Origin: Perkinsus chesapeaki ATCC PRA-425
Taxonomy: Eukaryota; Protista; Perkinsozoa
Assembly (NCBI GenBank): GCA_013115145.1
Contig: JAAPAO010000299.1
Span: 1-41,524, forward strand
Reading direction: 5' to 3'
Length of the DNA stretch: 41,524 bases
Position numbers and translations under genes: made by a program. Shown piece by piece: positions 12,643-22,550 of the stretch (positions are counted from its first letter, which is position 1; every line of letters begins with the position of its first letter). The notes under the pieces were generated by a model. It saw nothing but the letters and a program-made list of their open reading frames with translations, was not told where the DNA came from and made no database searches.

Positions 12643-13477
12643 GATTACTGAAGGGTGTTTAGAAAGGAGTCTGACCCACACAATAATAGCTTCTGATCGA
12701 TCATCATCACCTCGAATACCCTTGACCACAAAACCACGTTAAACATCTTCACTATACGCTAATACGAGCTGAGGTAAAGTAGTGGAAGCCTCAACTGTCT
12801 CATACATTCTAACTTCATGCACATCCCGCTCACCCTCAATGATCGCAGCCTACAGTTTCATCGAAGGGCGAGCGAGCAACTGCACGAAGGCCCAGAAATT
12901 TCGTGCAGTTTTCTTGCAATTTGTCGAGCACAGTTTGTAAAAATGTGGTGTCAACTGACTCATGTTACTCTTGTTGACTTGTGAATGTCTCAATTGTACT
13001 GCACAGACCCCTGAATGCCTCAACAGGGCGCTCTGAGCGCGAACGTGCGGTAGATCCCGCAAATCCTTGCCAGCGTAATTGACCGTTGGATGATAGTATA
13101 AAATCACTGTGACATCTCTGCTGTCTTCTAGTAAGTACGCTGAACAGTAGAAATCCTGAAAGGCAAACAATCATCTGGTGTCCCCATCGGAAGATGCGGG
13201 GACAATTTTTGTGTCGGAGCATTTGTGCCAGAGAAGGCTAGGCCTTGTTTTATTTGGCGCTAACAGCATCTGTGACTTTACTTCTAAACGTGTTCTTCTT
13301 TCTTTGCTTCGGCATTCTGTCTGATGCTCCTCTAGCTGACTTCAAGGCTTGCGTTCCCTGTCGTGAAGTACCCTGTTATTAGTTGTAGTCGAGTGCTTCA
13401 ATTCGTGCATCTTAACGTATCGTAGAAGCTAAAGTATTGTTGTCTTTTAGTTCAAATTTCGTATTAATATAGATAAC

Positions 13478-14437
13478 ATGATATCCTACGCATTCGTTGC
13501 TGTTCCCCCATTCCCAATCATAACACCAGAAGTGGCCCAGTCTGTCAGTGAGGGTTTCGAAAAGGCCAGTGCCAAGGTCCAAGAACGTGTCGACGACTTC
13601 AAGAAGACCCCTACTGGTCAGAAGATCTCTGCCGCTGCTACCAGCGCAAGTGACTATATGTCAGCGGCTTTCGATAGCTTCTTGGACAGAACTGAGGCCT
13701 TGGTTGATAGCATGCTCCCCCCTCTTGAGGAACCTGCTGACGTTGCTCATTCTGAGGATGAGTCTGCTGCCACTACTACGACTCCTTCCTGCTCCACAAA
13801 GGATCAGGCTGCCGATGAGAAGCCCGCTACCGATGCTCAGCAGCATCAAAGTGAGCTTGCTCGTGCGCTCGGTCTCGCTGGTACCGTTTGCTCTCGAGTG
13901 TACATTCGTGCCGATAAGTACGTCATTGAGCCTTGTAAGGAGTACACGTCCGGACTGTGGGAGTTCTGGCGCTTCCTGTGGACCGGTGCTAAGGAGTCCT
14001 GCTGTGATGCTTGGGCTACATTCAAGGCCTGGGTTAGTAGGAAGTACTCCGAGATGAAAGAGAAGGCTCCTGCTGTATGGCACTCTATCAAGGTTGGTGC
14101 TGTCGGATGCTGGGAGTGGTTGAAGAGCGTTGCCTGCTTCACATTCGCCAAGGCTAAGGAATATTCTTTGTTGCTTAAGACTAAGGCCATCGAGGTCTAC
14201 AACATGGTTCTCACTCCTGAAAGGAAGCATGCTATACAGGAGGTTTATAAGATGGTCTCTGTAAAAGCATATGAGCTATTCAATCTTGCCAAGGATGCTG
14301 TCGTCAAGGCCGCTAAATTCGTCTATGCCAAGTTGACTTCAATCTTCACTTGGGAGAACTTCGAGAACGGTTGGACCGCCATCGGCTCTGCTTTCGCTTG
14401 CCCGTGGGCTTGCGGAGCATCTGCCACTAAGGCGTAA
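13478..14437 (+). CDS. Intronless 319-aa amphipathic helical protein, perilipin/PAT-like candidate
   Basis: Open 960-nt ORF. LDRTEALVDSMLPP resembles the perilipin L-x-x-S-E-x-L-V-D-x-x-L-P signature; tandem 11-residue repeats at 13988-14185. The CDS is solid; the family call is inference. Confidence 0.6.
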   Translation: MISYAFVAVPPFPIITPEVAQSVSEGFEKASAKVQERVDDFKKTPTGQKISAAATSASDYMSAAFDSFLDRTEALVDSMLPPLEEPADVAHSEDESAATTTTPSCSTKDQAADEKPATDAQQHQSELARALGLAGTVCSRVYIRADKYVIEPCKEYTSGLWEFWRFLWTGAKESCCDAWATFKAWVSRKYSEMKEKAPAVWHSIKVGAVGCWEWLKSVACFTFAKAKEYSLLLKTKAIEVYNMVLTPERKHAIQEVYKMVSVKAYELFNLAKDAVVKAAKFVYAKLTSIFTWENFENGWTAIGSAFACPWACGASATKA

Positions 14438-14539
14438 ACCTACAAGTCAGATTTGTTGATGCTTAAAGGGAGACGGTCACCACAGGCATCCTCACAAGTT
14501 ATTCGTTATATCTATTCTAGCTGCTGCTGCTGTTGTCTT

Positions 14540-15140
14540 ATGATACTTCCTCTCCCTCTTGGTCCAGTCATCTTCATCCATGATGAGGTTTGGGCTAATT
14601 CCGTAAATGTTTCAGTGATAGAGCTTGAAGGTAGTTGTAGACAGCAGGATATACACAATATGGCAATACGGCATCAATTTTCTCTTCTCTAGTTTCGTTG
14701 CCAATAGGATGCTATCTGGTTGAGTTCATTCAGTCTACACGGGGATCAACATTTGGGGCATTCCTGAGGTAATCGCGGCAACGTGCAACGCCCTCCATGG
14801 AGGATAAGGAATAAAGAGCGAACAATAGTCCTTTGTAAATTTCGTGTAGGCATTGGTGGGGTAAGGCACCAGGTCGGTATCGATACAGTTTAAAATGGTG
14901 GATCATGTAAATGGAGAACACTTCTCTCTCTTCTCCCAGCCGCATCCATTGGTACCTTTAGCAACCTTTGTGGTTGATAAGGATAACTTGGACGATATGG
15001 ATGAGCAAAAGGCTTCTGAAGAGTATGCTAGGAAGATACCAAGGTAGTAGATGGACGGGTGGGATGATGATGATGATGACAGTAACGCCGTATGCGTATT
15101 ATTACCTACTACTATTGACATTGTATTCAGACTCCACTAG
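14540..15140 (+). CDS. Hypothetical small multi-exon protein
   Basis: Exons join in frame via GT-AG introns: MILPLPLGPVIFIHDEVWANSVNVSVIELE-GCYLVEFIQSTRGSTFGAFLR-SVSIQFKMVDHVNGEHFSLFSQPHPLVPLATF...RLH*. No recognised domain. Confidence 0.45.
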
Positions 15141-15377
15141 GCTATTGCCAAGTGCGTGATGCTCAGGTCTGGGAAGCCCAGAAATTAGTTTGGATTCATC
15201 GGCGTTTTTTGCGGTTTTCCTCCGAGCTAGTGTGATTGTTATGATGCGGACTTCTACTACTAAAAATATCACGTCGTTGGTCCTCCTCCTTTCAGCTCTA
15301 ATATCCCCAGCGATGAAGCCCTTTTTGGACTGCCGGATTTTGCTGGTCAACTGAGAGATGTGACAAATCTAGTGGCA

Positions 15378-18300
15378 ATGGCGACCGCTACAGAAGGCTG
15401 TGATACGCCTTTGGCGGTGCATAGGATCGGGTAGTGCTAGGAGTATGGGCGTAGTTGGACGCTATAGCGCCTGCTGAATAGGTCTTGTTTGGTTCTGGAC
15501 TCCTCCAACGCTCCCATAGGGTCTTCGGATAGGGACGGCTTCGTCACATTGTGTCCGGCCGAGCAGTGCTCTCCTAAGGCCACACCCGCCTTAGCAACAA
15601 CACTGCCGGATACCACTCCAGAGGAGCTCGGACTGAAGGCTACAGTAAAACGAACGTTCCTGCACTTTACGGATGCCGAGGAAGAAGAGGAGCAAAAGGA
15701 GGCTGTAGTGGGGAGAACTAGGAGCGCTCCCCCGCGTCAAGGGGAAAAGGCAGTCAGCGATACGGACGAGGAGAGCAGCAATCAGAAGCTCTTGTCGGTG
15801 AAGCCAGTGAAGGAGCGTAATCCTCAAATTCGTGACCTCCTGGCTTTGGAGGACGGCCCTGTTCGTGACCCTCGAACTATGTTCCGGTTGGCCGTCCCTC
15901 GCCTCTGCGCCCCGCCATCTCGGTTCGGTCGTACGGTCCAATGGACTCTAGGCGGGTACAGGATACTACTGGGCTGTGACATGGTCGTGTTCCCTACAGA
16001 CAGTCGTACCTCAAATCCACTGGATTCTTTGGATTCCCTCTCATCCATGGCCTCTTTGAAGTTGGTCCCTCCTGGCACCAACTCCAGGGTGTCCAAGAAC
16101 CTGAGAAGGGATGCCTGGGTCGAGAATAGTCTGCTAAGTATTGGTAAAGTGGCTTGGTGCCACGGTAAAAGGGTTAGCCTTTGCAACACCTCTGATCTAG
16201 CCGATCAGCAGCAGGAGGAAGAGGATGGTACCTTCGACCCTGCGCAAGTGATAGACCAGGCGGAGCGACTTTTGCACTTCCTAAGACGCCACTGTACAAG
16301 GCAAGGGGGAACATACTACCTTTATCGGGACACTAACGCATGCGTGCTGTATGATACCACCAGCAAGCCTTTTGGAGACCAGTTGTCGAATGAGGGTGTT
16401 TCGCCAAGCTCATCGATGTTGAGCCGGCCTCTTGCAGAGCTCTGTGTGACTCTGGCTTCTAGGATGCCATCGGCTCCTGTTGAGACCAGACTGGATGTCC
16501 TCTGGAAAGGCCTAACTCTCATCCACCCTCAAAGGGTAGTATTCCGGCATTGATCGCCTTTGTCCCACCTAGTGTCTCCTCAGACCCGATATCCGGAGCT
16601 CTACTCGGTTATTTGTATGCAGCTCTCTTCCGTGGCTGATGAGATGGATTCTCGTATAGGACTGGTGCGATGTTGTCATCTACTAATGCAAGCTTTGGCG
16701 GCGTTTGATGAGAAGTAAGCTAGCTTCTCGTTATAACCCACTGATAGGGTTTGCTGTCAGGCCAAGTAACGGTAGTAATTACCGTCCAGATGCCTCAAGA
16801 GGCGGTGCTCCTCATCTCGGTGTCCAACTGTATGTATCATTCGCCTTCACTACTGTCCGTGCTGTTGAGAAGGTGATGGTCCCTCTTTACCAGAGCTGGT
16901 AGGCTTTCCTTTGGGAACTCATTCCTGTAGTGGTCCTCCTAAAGGTGCCGAGTGACCGCGGCTGAAGAGAAGGCCAATCGGAGCGAAGAGAGGCTGCGGC
17001 ATTCGATAGCTTGGCAGTTGTGGCTGCTACAGTGGCTCGCGTTGGCTGAGGTACATGACCTTTGCTGTTTACTTTATTATTGGTTTTGGCTAGGTGTCCT
17101 TGATGAAGGTGGACGCTGATAGACGAGCTGTTGAGTGCTGGAACGTTGAGAGGGATCTATGCAGGGTTATGGCACACAGACTGCATACTATAGCCAATTG
17201 CGGTATATCTCCACAGCAGATTTCGCAAGTAAGTCACACGCCACAAAATGTAGTGTAGAGTGTCGGTCACTAGGTGTCCAGCAACGTCGCTCTCGAGATC
17301 GTTCACGACGACCTTGAAGTCCTGGGTGAGGCGGCGGTCATACCCAACATCACAACGGAGACCTATTCGGAGTTGATATCGGCCACAGAAGGCCTTACGG
17401 ATGGCACGTTGAAATCCACCGGCTTACGGGGAGATTGGCTAAAGTAATCACCTCCGGGTTGTGCCATGGGAGACGGAGGGATGGTTTGTTAGGCACGTTG
17501 TGGTGAGCGACAAGCGACGCAAAGAGCTGGGCGAGGATGGCACTGTGGTGGGGTTCCTGAAGCTCACTGTGAAGTATCTGACTAGGGCACTGAAGACGGC
17601 AAATGCACCGCAAAGAGAACACAAACGACGACAGAAGTGGGCTCGTTGGTGTTGTTGGATAGTTGATAACTTTGGTGTGGCTCAAGATACACAGATGACT
17701 TTAGAAGGAGTGGCCGTGCTCAGCTGGCCAGCACTATCAATGAGCTTGGGACCATCCACCTTGGCAGGATGGTGGAGCTAATGCGAGCTGGGCCCTACCC
17801 TGATGATGACGGTGGGGCTGTGGCCTCTGCTGTGGATGCCTTCTGCGAATCATACAGTGAATTTGTTGCTGCCGGAGATAAACTCAACGTTATGGTGCCT
17901 CTGGTCAACTTGGCGAGGTAAGGATCGGACTCTCCATCGAGGCGGAAGCAGTGCTCCCTGTAGGCTTTGGTTGGCCCTTGCTAATTGTTCCGCATCGACG
18001 CCAGAGTCTGTTGAGAACTACCAGTGCATGTATAGGGCCATACGCCATTTGGATAGAGCAGCGAAGTGAGGGACACACAACTGCTGTCATTTCCCGTATT
18101 GTGATGGTTCCCTTCAGATCCACCTCAGCCAACAGGGATGCCGACTCTGCGTTTACTAAGCGTGACATTTACGCCACTGCTGCCGACCAAGCCCAGAGAC
18201 TCGGCAGGAGCCTTGCAACTGCCTTTATGGATGCAGACAATCTAACGCAGGAGGGTAAGGCCGCTGGACATCCCTAATATCCGGCTCTGTCCCCGATAGG

Positions 18301-19155
18301 CCCCTACACGTTGCCTGTGAGAACAGCTATGGAACACGATGTCATCTGGCAGCCTGGTGATGACTTCACAGCAAAGTGTAAGAGCCAGCCTATCGGCAGC
18401 CTCGCCTCGAGTGTCCTGTCAGAGGCTCTAGTGTACGCTGGTAAGGCGTGGGATACCAATAGCAGTGATGATGGTGAGTTCCATTGGAGTTGCTCTGGTG
18501 AGATTCCCTATCAGAATCGGCACAAGCGTTGGCGCGATGTACAGCGTTGGTTGATGTCGGCCGGGCAAAGGTAAAGTTAGGTGAGGTACTCAAGGTAGCG
18601 TCCGATACCGGCAAGCGGAGCGATGCTGCCATTACGGTGAGAGCATGGGCTCTCGTGGCGTTGTAGTAGTATGTATTTAGATCATATCGCGTCGTTCGGA
18701 GGCTGCCTATCAGTGGCTTTCTAAACACGTTGAGAAAGAGCCTGATGCGTTCGTGGAGTGTGTTGTTGTTAAGGCACAGCTGGCTCAATTGCTTGATGGG
18801 TAACCCTGTCTTAGCTGCTCTGTCTACTATCATCCCCTCAGGTACGTGAGTATGGCGAAAACCATGGCTGAAGCGGAGCAAGTAGCAAACGGAAATGAGC
18901 ACGTCATCGCAGCGCTCAGGAGTGCTTTGGCGAAGCTTTCTAATGTGGAGTTGCGCAGACGACTCTCTAAATCAGGTTGGCAATATCTGGTTTTTAGCTT
19001 TAACCATTGCAATGACATCAGGTCGAGCCAGCAGCAGCAGCCGCAAGCTGGTGAAAGCGCTCTATCTATTCTCAATTAATGGGAGTCACGATCGTCCCCT
19101 CTGTGAAGAGCTAGAGTATCTCTTAGCCCAAGAGGAAGGGTCCGCTCGGTGTTAG
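15378..19155 (+). CDS. EDRF1: EDRF1-like protein (EDRF1 N-terminal domain plus helical C-terminal region); multi-exon
   Basis: ATG 15378, intron 15431-15481. FGRTVQWTLGGYRILLGCDMVVF, DAWVENSLL and LLHFLRRHCTRQGGTYYLYRDTNACVLYDTT match the recalled EDRF1 pattern (WTFEDIHMLVGSNMPIF; ILSFLKSNCTKEGHTYWLF..LYDLT). Coding-like exons continue to a stop at 19155. Confidence 0.75.
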
Positions 19156-19567
19156 TTCCTATTATACATTGTCCCTAAACCGTTTCAAGCTAGCTGTTAA
19201 GCATCAATAGTTTAATAACTGCAATAATAATTGCTGAGTGAAACACCCCAAACGCTCGTGCCTTGTGTTTGGTGTAGTGATGCGCATGCGTGCAGCAGAT
19301 CTGTGGCGTATTTGATAAGTTCCTGGTAGAGGTTGCTTTAGAGGTCTTATTTAGAATGTGGTAAGGATCTTTGAGGGTAATCCTCAATCTTATGATCGGG
19401 CTCGGGAATGAAGATGTCTGTGGCAGAGTGCGGTAGCAGAACCCAATCCGAGTCCAACATGTCGCTTATCCAGCCACTCGGTGTGTAATTGAATTAGGTC
19501 ACTTCACTAGCTGAAGCCACTTGTCGAATACCATGTCATATCAAAGCTTTTCACCCAGTTGACCAAA

Positions 19568-22514
19568 ATGTCCAACACAACAACTGTCGACCTCGATGAT
19601 ACTGTAGTTGTAGAAAGTGATAATGAAGAAGACACAAGACACCATGACGAAAATGAAGTTACAAATAACACAGACCGAACACAGTCTAGTACGGACTTGT
19701 CGAGAGCCTCCCGCTTTGCGATCGTATCAGGCGGACGGTTGAATGTCTCGAGTGTGGCCAAACGGCGTCGAGGGTCTAGAGGGAAGATTATAAGTGAGGT
19801 TCTTGCTTGCCAACTATACCTAGCTGTGCAGTCCTTACAACAGGCAATAGTGGTGCGTCTTCCTCATCGGCTCTGGGTAGCAGCAGTTCTGTAATAGCCT
19901 GTACTCAAGTGCAAAGTGAAGAGGCGATTGAAGAGGATACTATAGATGATACCAGTGGAGCAGGAGGAGTGTCGGCTGCCGTGGCCGACATCAGTATGAA
20001 CACGACCGCCCATAGTCGATCCGAGTCGACGAAGAGTAACCTCGGGCCACCACGCTCAGACGGCCTACTGCACTGCCTCAGGCCATACCCGCTCCCTTAG
20101 AGGCCAACATCGCCCCGATCATAGGGAGGATGCCCATGAGTATCCTTTCTTCGTAAGAGGCTGCTGTCCGGTGAAACGTGTTGATCTTGCTTAGCTCGCT
20201 CGCTGCGTCGGTGAACGGGTGAAACTGTCCGGTGGCACTCCGCCGACCTCGGCCGCCAGGACAGCTGCTGGGATCTCTGGTGGGACACTAGTGGTGGAGG
20301 TGCCTGAGTCTCATGACCTCATGGGATGGGCCTTCACAATTAGTAAGAAGATGCCAACTTTGAACTGGCCCATTTTGGACCGGAGGATTGGCTAAATTTT
20401 TAGAAATTATCGGTATGGCATCGGGGACTGGGAACACACTGGCTTTTGGTATGCTACCAGAGCTGCCTAATCGGTGGAATAAATCACTTTATAGCAGACC
20501 TGAAAATTTAGTTAATCCAGTAAGCCAGTGTAGCACTCCGCTGAACACCCCTTCTGTCTTGAGGTACTTATAGGTTATGATTTACCAAAGGTTAAGATCG
20601 GCAAGGATGTATCCATGCAAAAGCTCGACAGCAGGCTCTGGCGGCCTAGGGTCACTCACCACCTGTCTACGCTTGACTATGGCTTACCTTTAGACCATGC
20701 TGAAGGAAGGCTCTGAGCTCACACTAAGGGCGTGGCACGGTGGTGCTGGTGGACAGTGGTGGGTCCTGATGGTCGAGAGTGAAGGGCAGAGGCGGATCTC
20801 TCCCTATCTCACAAGCATTAGAGTGCTGCTCCAAGTGCTATGATGTCTGGGGTAACTTTTGTACCAGGTATCGGAGCATCCTCGCCCCTATGGGTTGGTC
20901 GACCTATCGGGTAACGTCAAAGAGATCGCTCTGTTGAGGGACAGTCCACCGCCGGCCCTGGAGACTGCTGTAATCAACCACGGTGAGCATTTCTGAATGA
21001 TACTTAGCCGGAGGCAAATAGCCTTTAGTTCCCGATCTCTGCCCACCACTGCAATCCGTGGCTGAGGGAGTTTTCGCTGAAGGTTTTCTAAGGTGCGCTA
21101 CTTACCACCGACGGTCATGGCTGAATCTCCACTTAGTCCCTCGTTGCGGTTGTCTCCAGACATGCGGACAGCAGTACGATATGAAGGACTGAAACAGGCC
21201 GTTGCGTTCATGCGGTTGCCTCTGCCAAGTCGGACCTCACCAGCAAAGATTGCGGTGACTTTCCTGCATCACCCCAGTCGACTACTTTGCTTTGTCAGGT
21301 TAGAGTCCTATCAACGATTAAGTGCGGCCCGAAGAGTTCCATGGCTTTAGGACTGTGCTCATCAAAGTCTCTCCCTAAGCGGCGTGTTGATATGACCTAC
21401 ATCGACAACGCTAGTGACCTCAATGGGCCTGCGTTCGTCTGCGGGTAGGCCCAGTTTACACATCAGTTGCCATTTGTCGTCTACCAGATACGAGCTTCCT
21501 GTAGTCTGTGACATACCGGTGCATCTCGCTGGAGATCTACCATTTGAGAAGATACCCTCTAGGCTGCTCCGGCCGGTAATGCTCCTTCTATACGAAGTGT
21601 TTGGAACGCGCCTCTACAGAGAAGATTTGTCTCGGGCGATGTCTTCAAGTTGACCGTCTGTGTTGAGTCCGATTCGAATGGAGAGGAAGTGTGGATGGTT
21701 CGAGCGTGGCAGAACGACAAAGACGTCGCCGGTGCAGGCCTCTGGTTCTCCACTGAGGTAGAGTATCGGCTTTAGTTACTCGGAAGTTGTCTTCACCCTT
21801 GGTGGATGCCTGCAAGGCTGATGGCTCATTGCTTTGCGCAGTCGATGTTGCCGGGAATGCAGCTGCCGTTCGGTAGATCGTTGACCCACATTTATCTGTT
21901 ATATTTGCTGTGTTATTCGCCAGGATTGTCGATATTGAAGAGGACTCGGCTGAGTTCCCGTGCCCTCAAGGGTGCAAGTTCCATTTGTACGGCCTCAATT
22001 CAAGCGTTCGAACGCCATATCACAAGGATACCACTAGCATGCTTCACGTAGCTATCCCCCTTCCTTACAACATTGTTATATGTCGCCTTCAGCCCGGAGT
22101 AGCGTCTGGTCCCTATAGGATCGGTCGACATAGAAAGTGCAACCTGTGTATCGACTCTGCGTCCAAGGCTGAGTTGGTCAGCCGGAACCATTGCAGCCTC
22201 TCAATCGAGGGAGATCAATTAGTGGCCTCAGACGGTGGCGGAATAAATGGAACGTAAAGATACCTTAGCGGCTTGGCTGAGATCAAGCGAGCATTTGTCA
22301 GGTTCGTGAACCATAAGAGGTTGGCGCCCAAAGCATCACGAGCGCTCCCTCAAGGTGAGCGTGGTCATCCGTGACTTCGCACGAGGGCTTTTCAGGATGC
22401 ATCCTCGGCCTCGGGGACCGAATAAATGGTTTGGAGTTTCTCGTTCGACTTTCTCCAGAAATCGGCACTTCTGATGATCAAGCTGATGATATTTCCACGG
22501 AGGCACAAACATGA
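19568..22514 (+). CDS. Neuralized-homology (NHR/NEUZ) x2 plus C-terminal FHA domain protein; multi-exon
   Basis: NHR start LRLSPDMRTAVRYEGLKQAVAFMRLPL and end LLCAVDVAGNAAAVRIV; an earlier NHR-like end YGLVDLSGNVKEIALL; FHA RIGRHRKCNLCI..VSRNHCSL..GINGT-FVNHKRL..GCILGLG; stop 22512-22514. Confidence 0.7.
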
Positions 22515-22550
22515 ACATCATTTCTCTCAACTTATTGATTTGAGTTGAAC

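Noticed and set aside
13548-14230. Long overlapping ORFs (13548-14057 plus, 13661-14230 minus), and similar shadow ORFs over other genes such as 26340-26873 plus and 15591-16189 minus
   Set aside because: Alternative-frame or antisense shadows of real coding sequence; no independent motifs.
17678-17686. TGGCTCAAG, the 3' end of the spliced leader
   Set aside because: Only 9 nt, inside the EDRF1-like gene; no 5' part of the leader.
21980-22050. FHLYGLNSSVRTPYHKD resembling a 2OG-Fe(II)/JmjC HxD motif
   Set aside because: It lies in the short linker between the NHR and FHA domains, with no room for a double-stranded beta-helix or a distal His.
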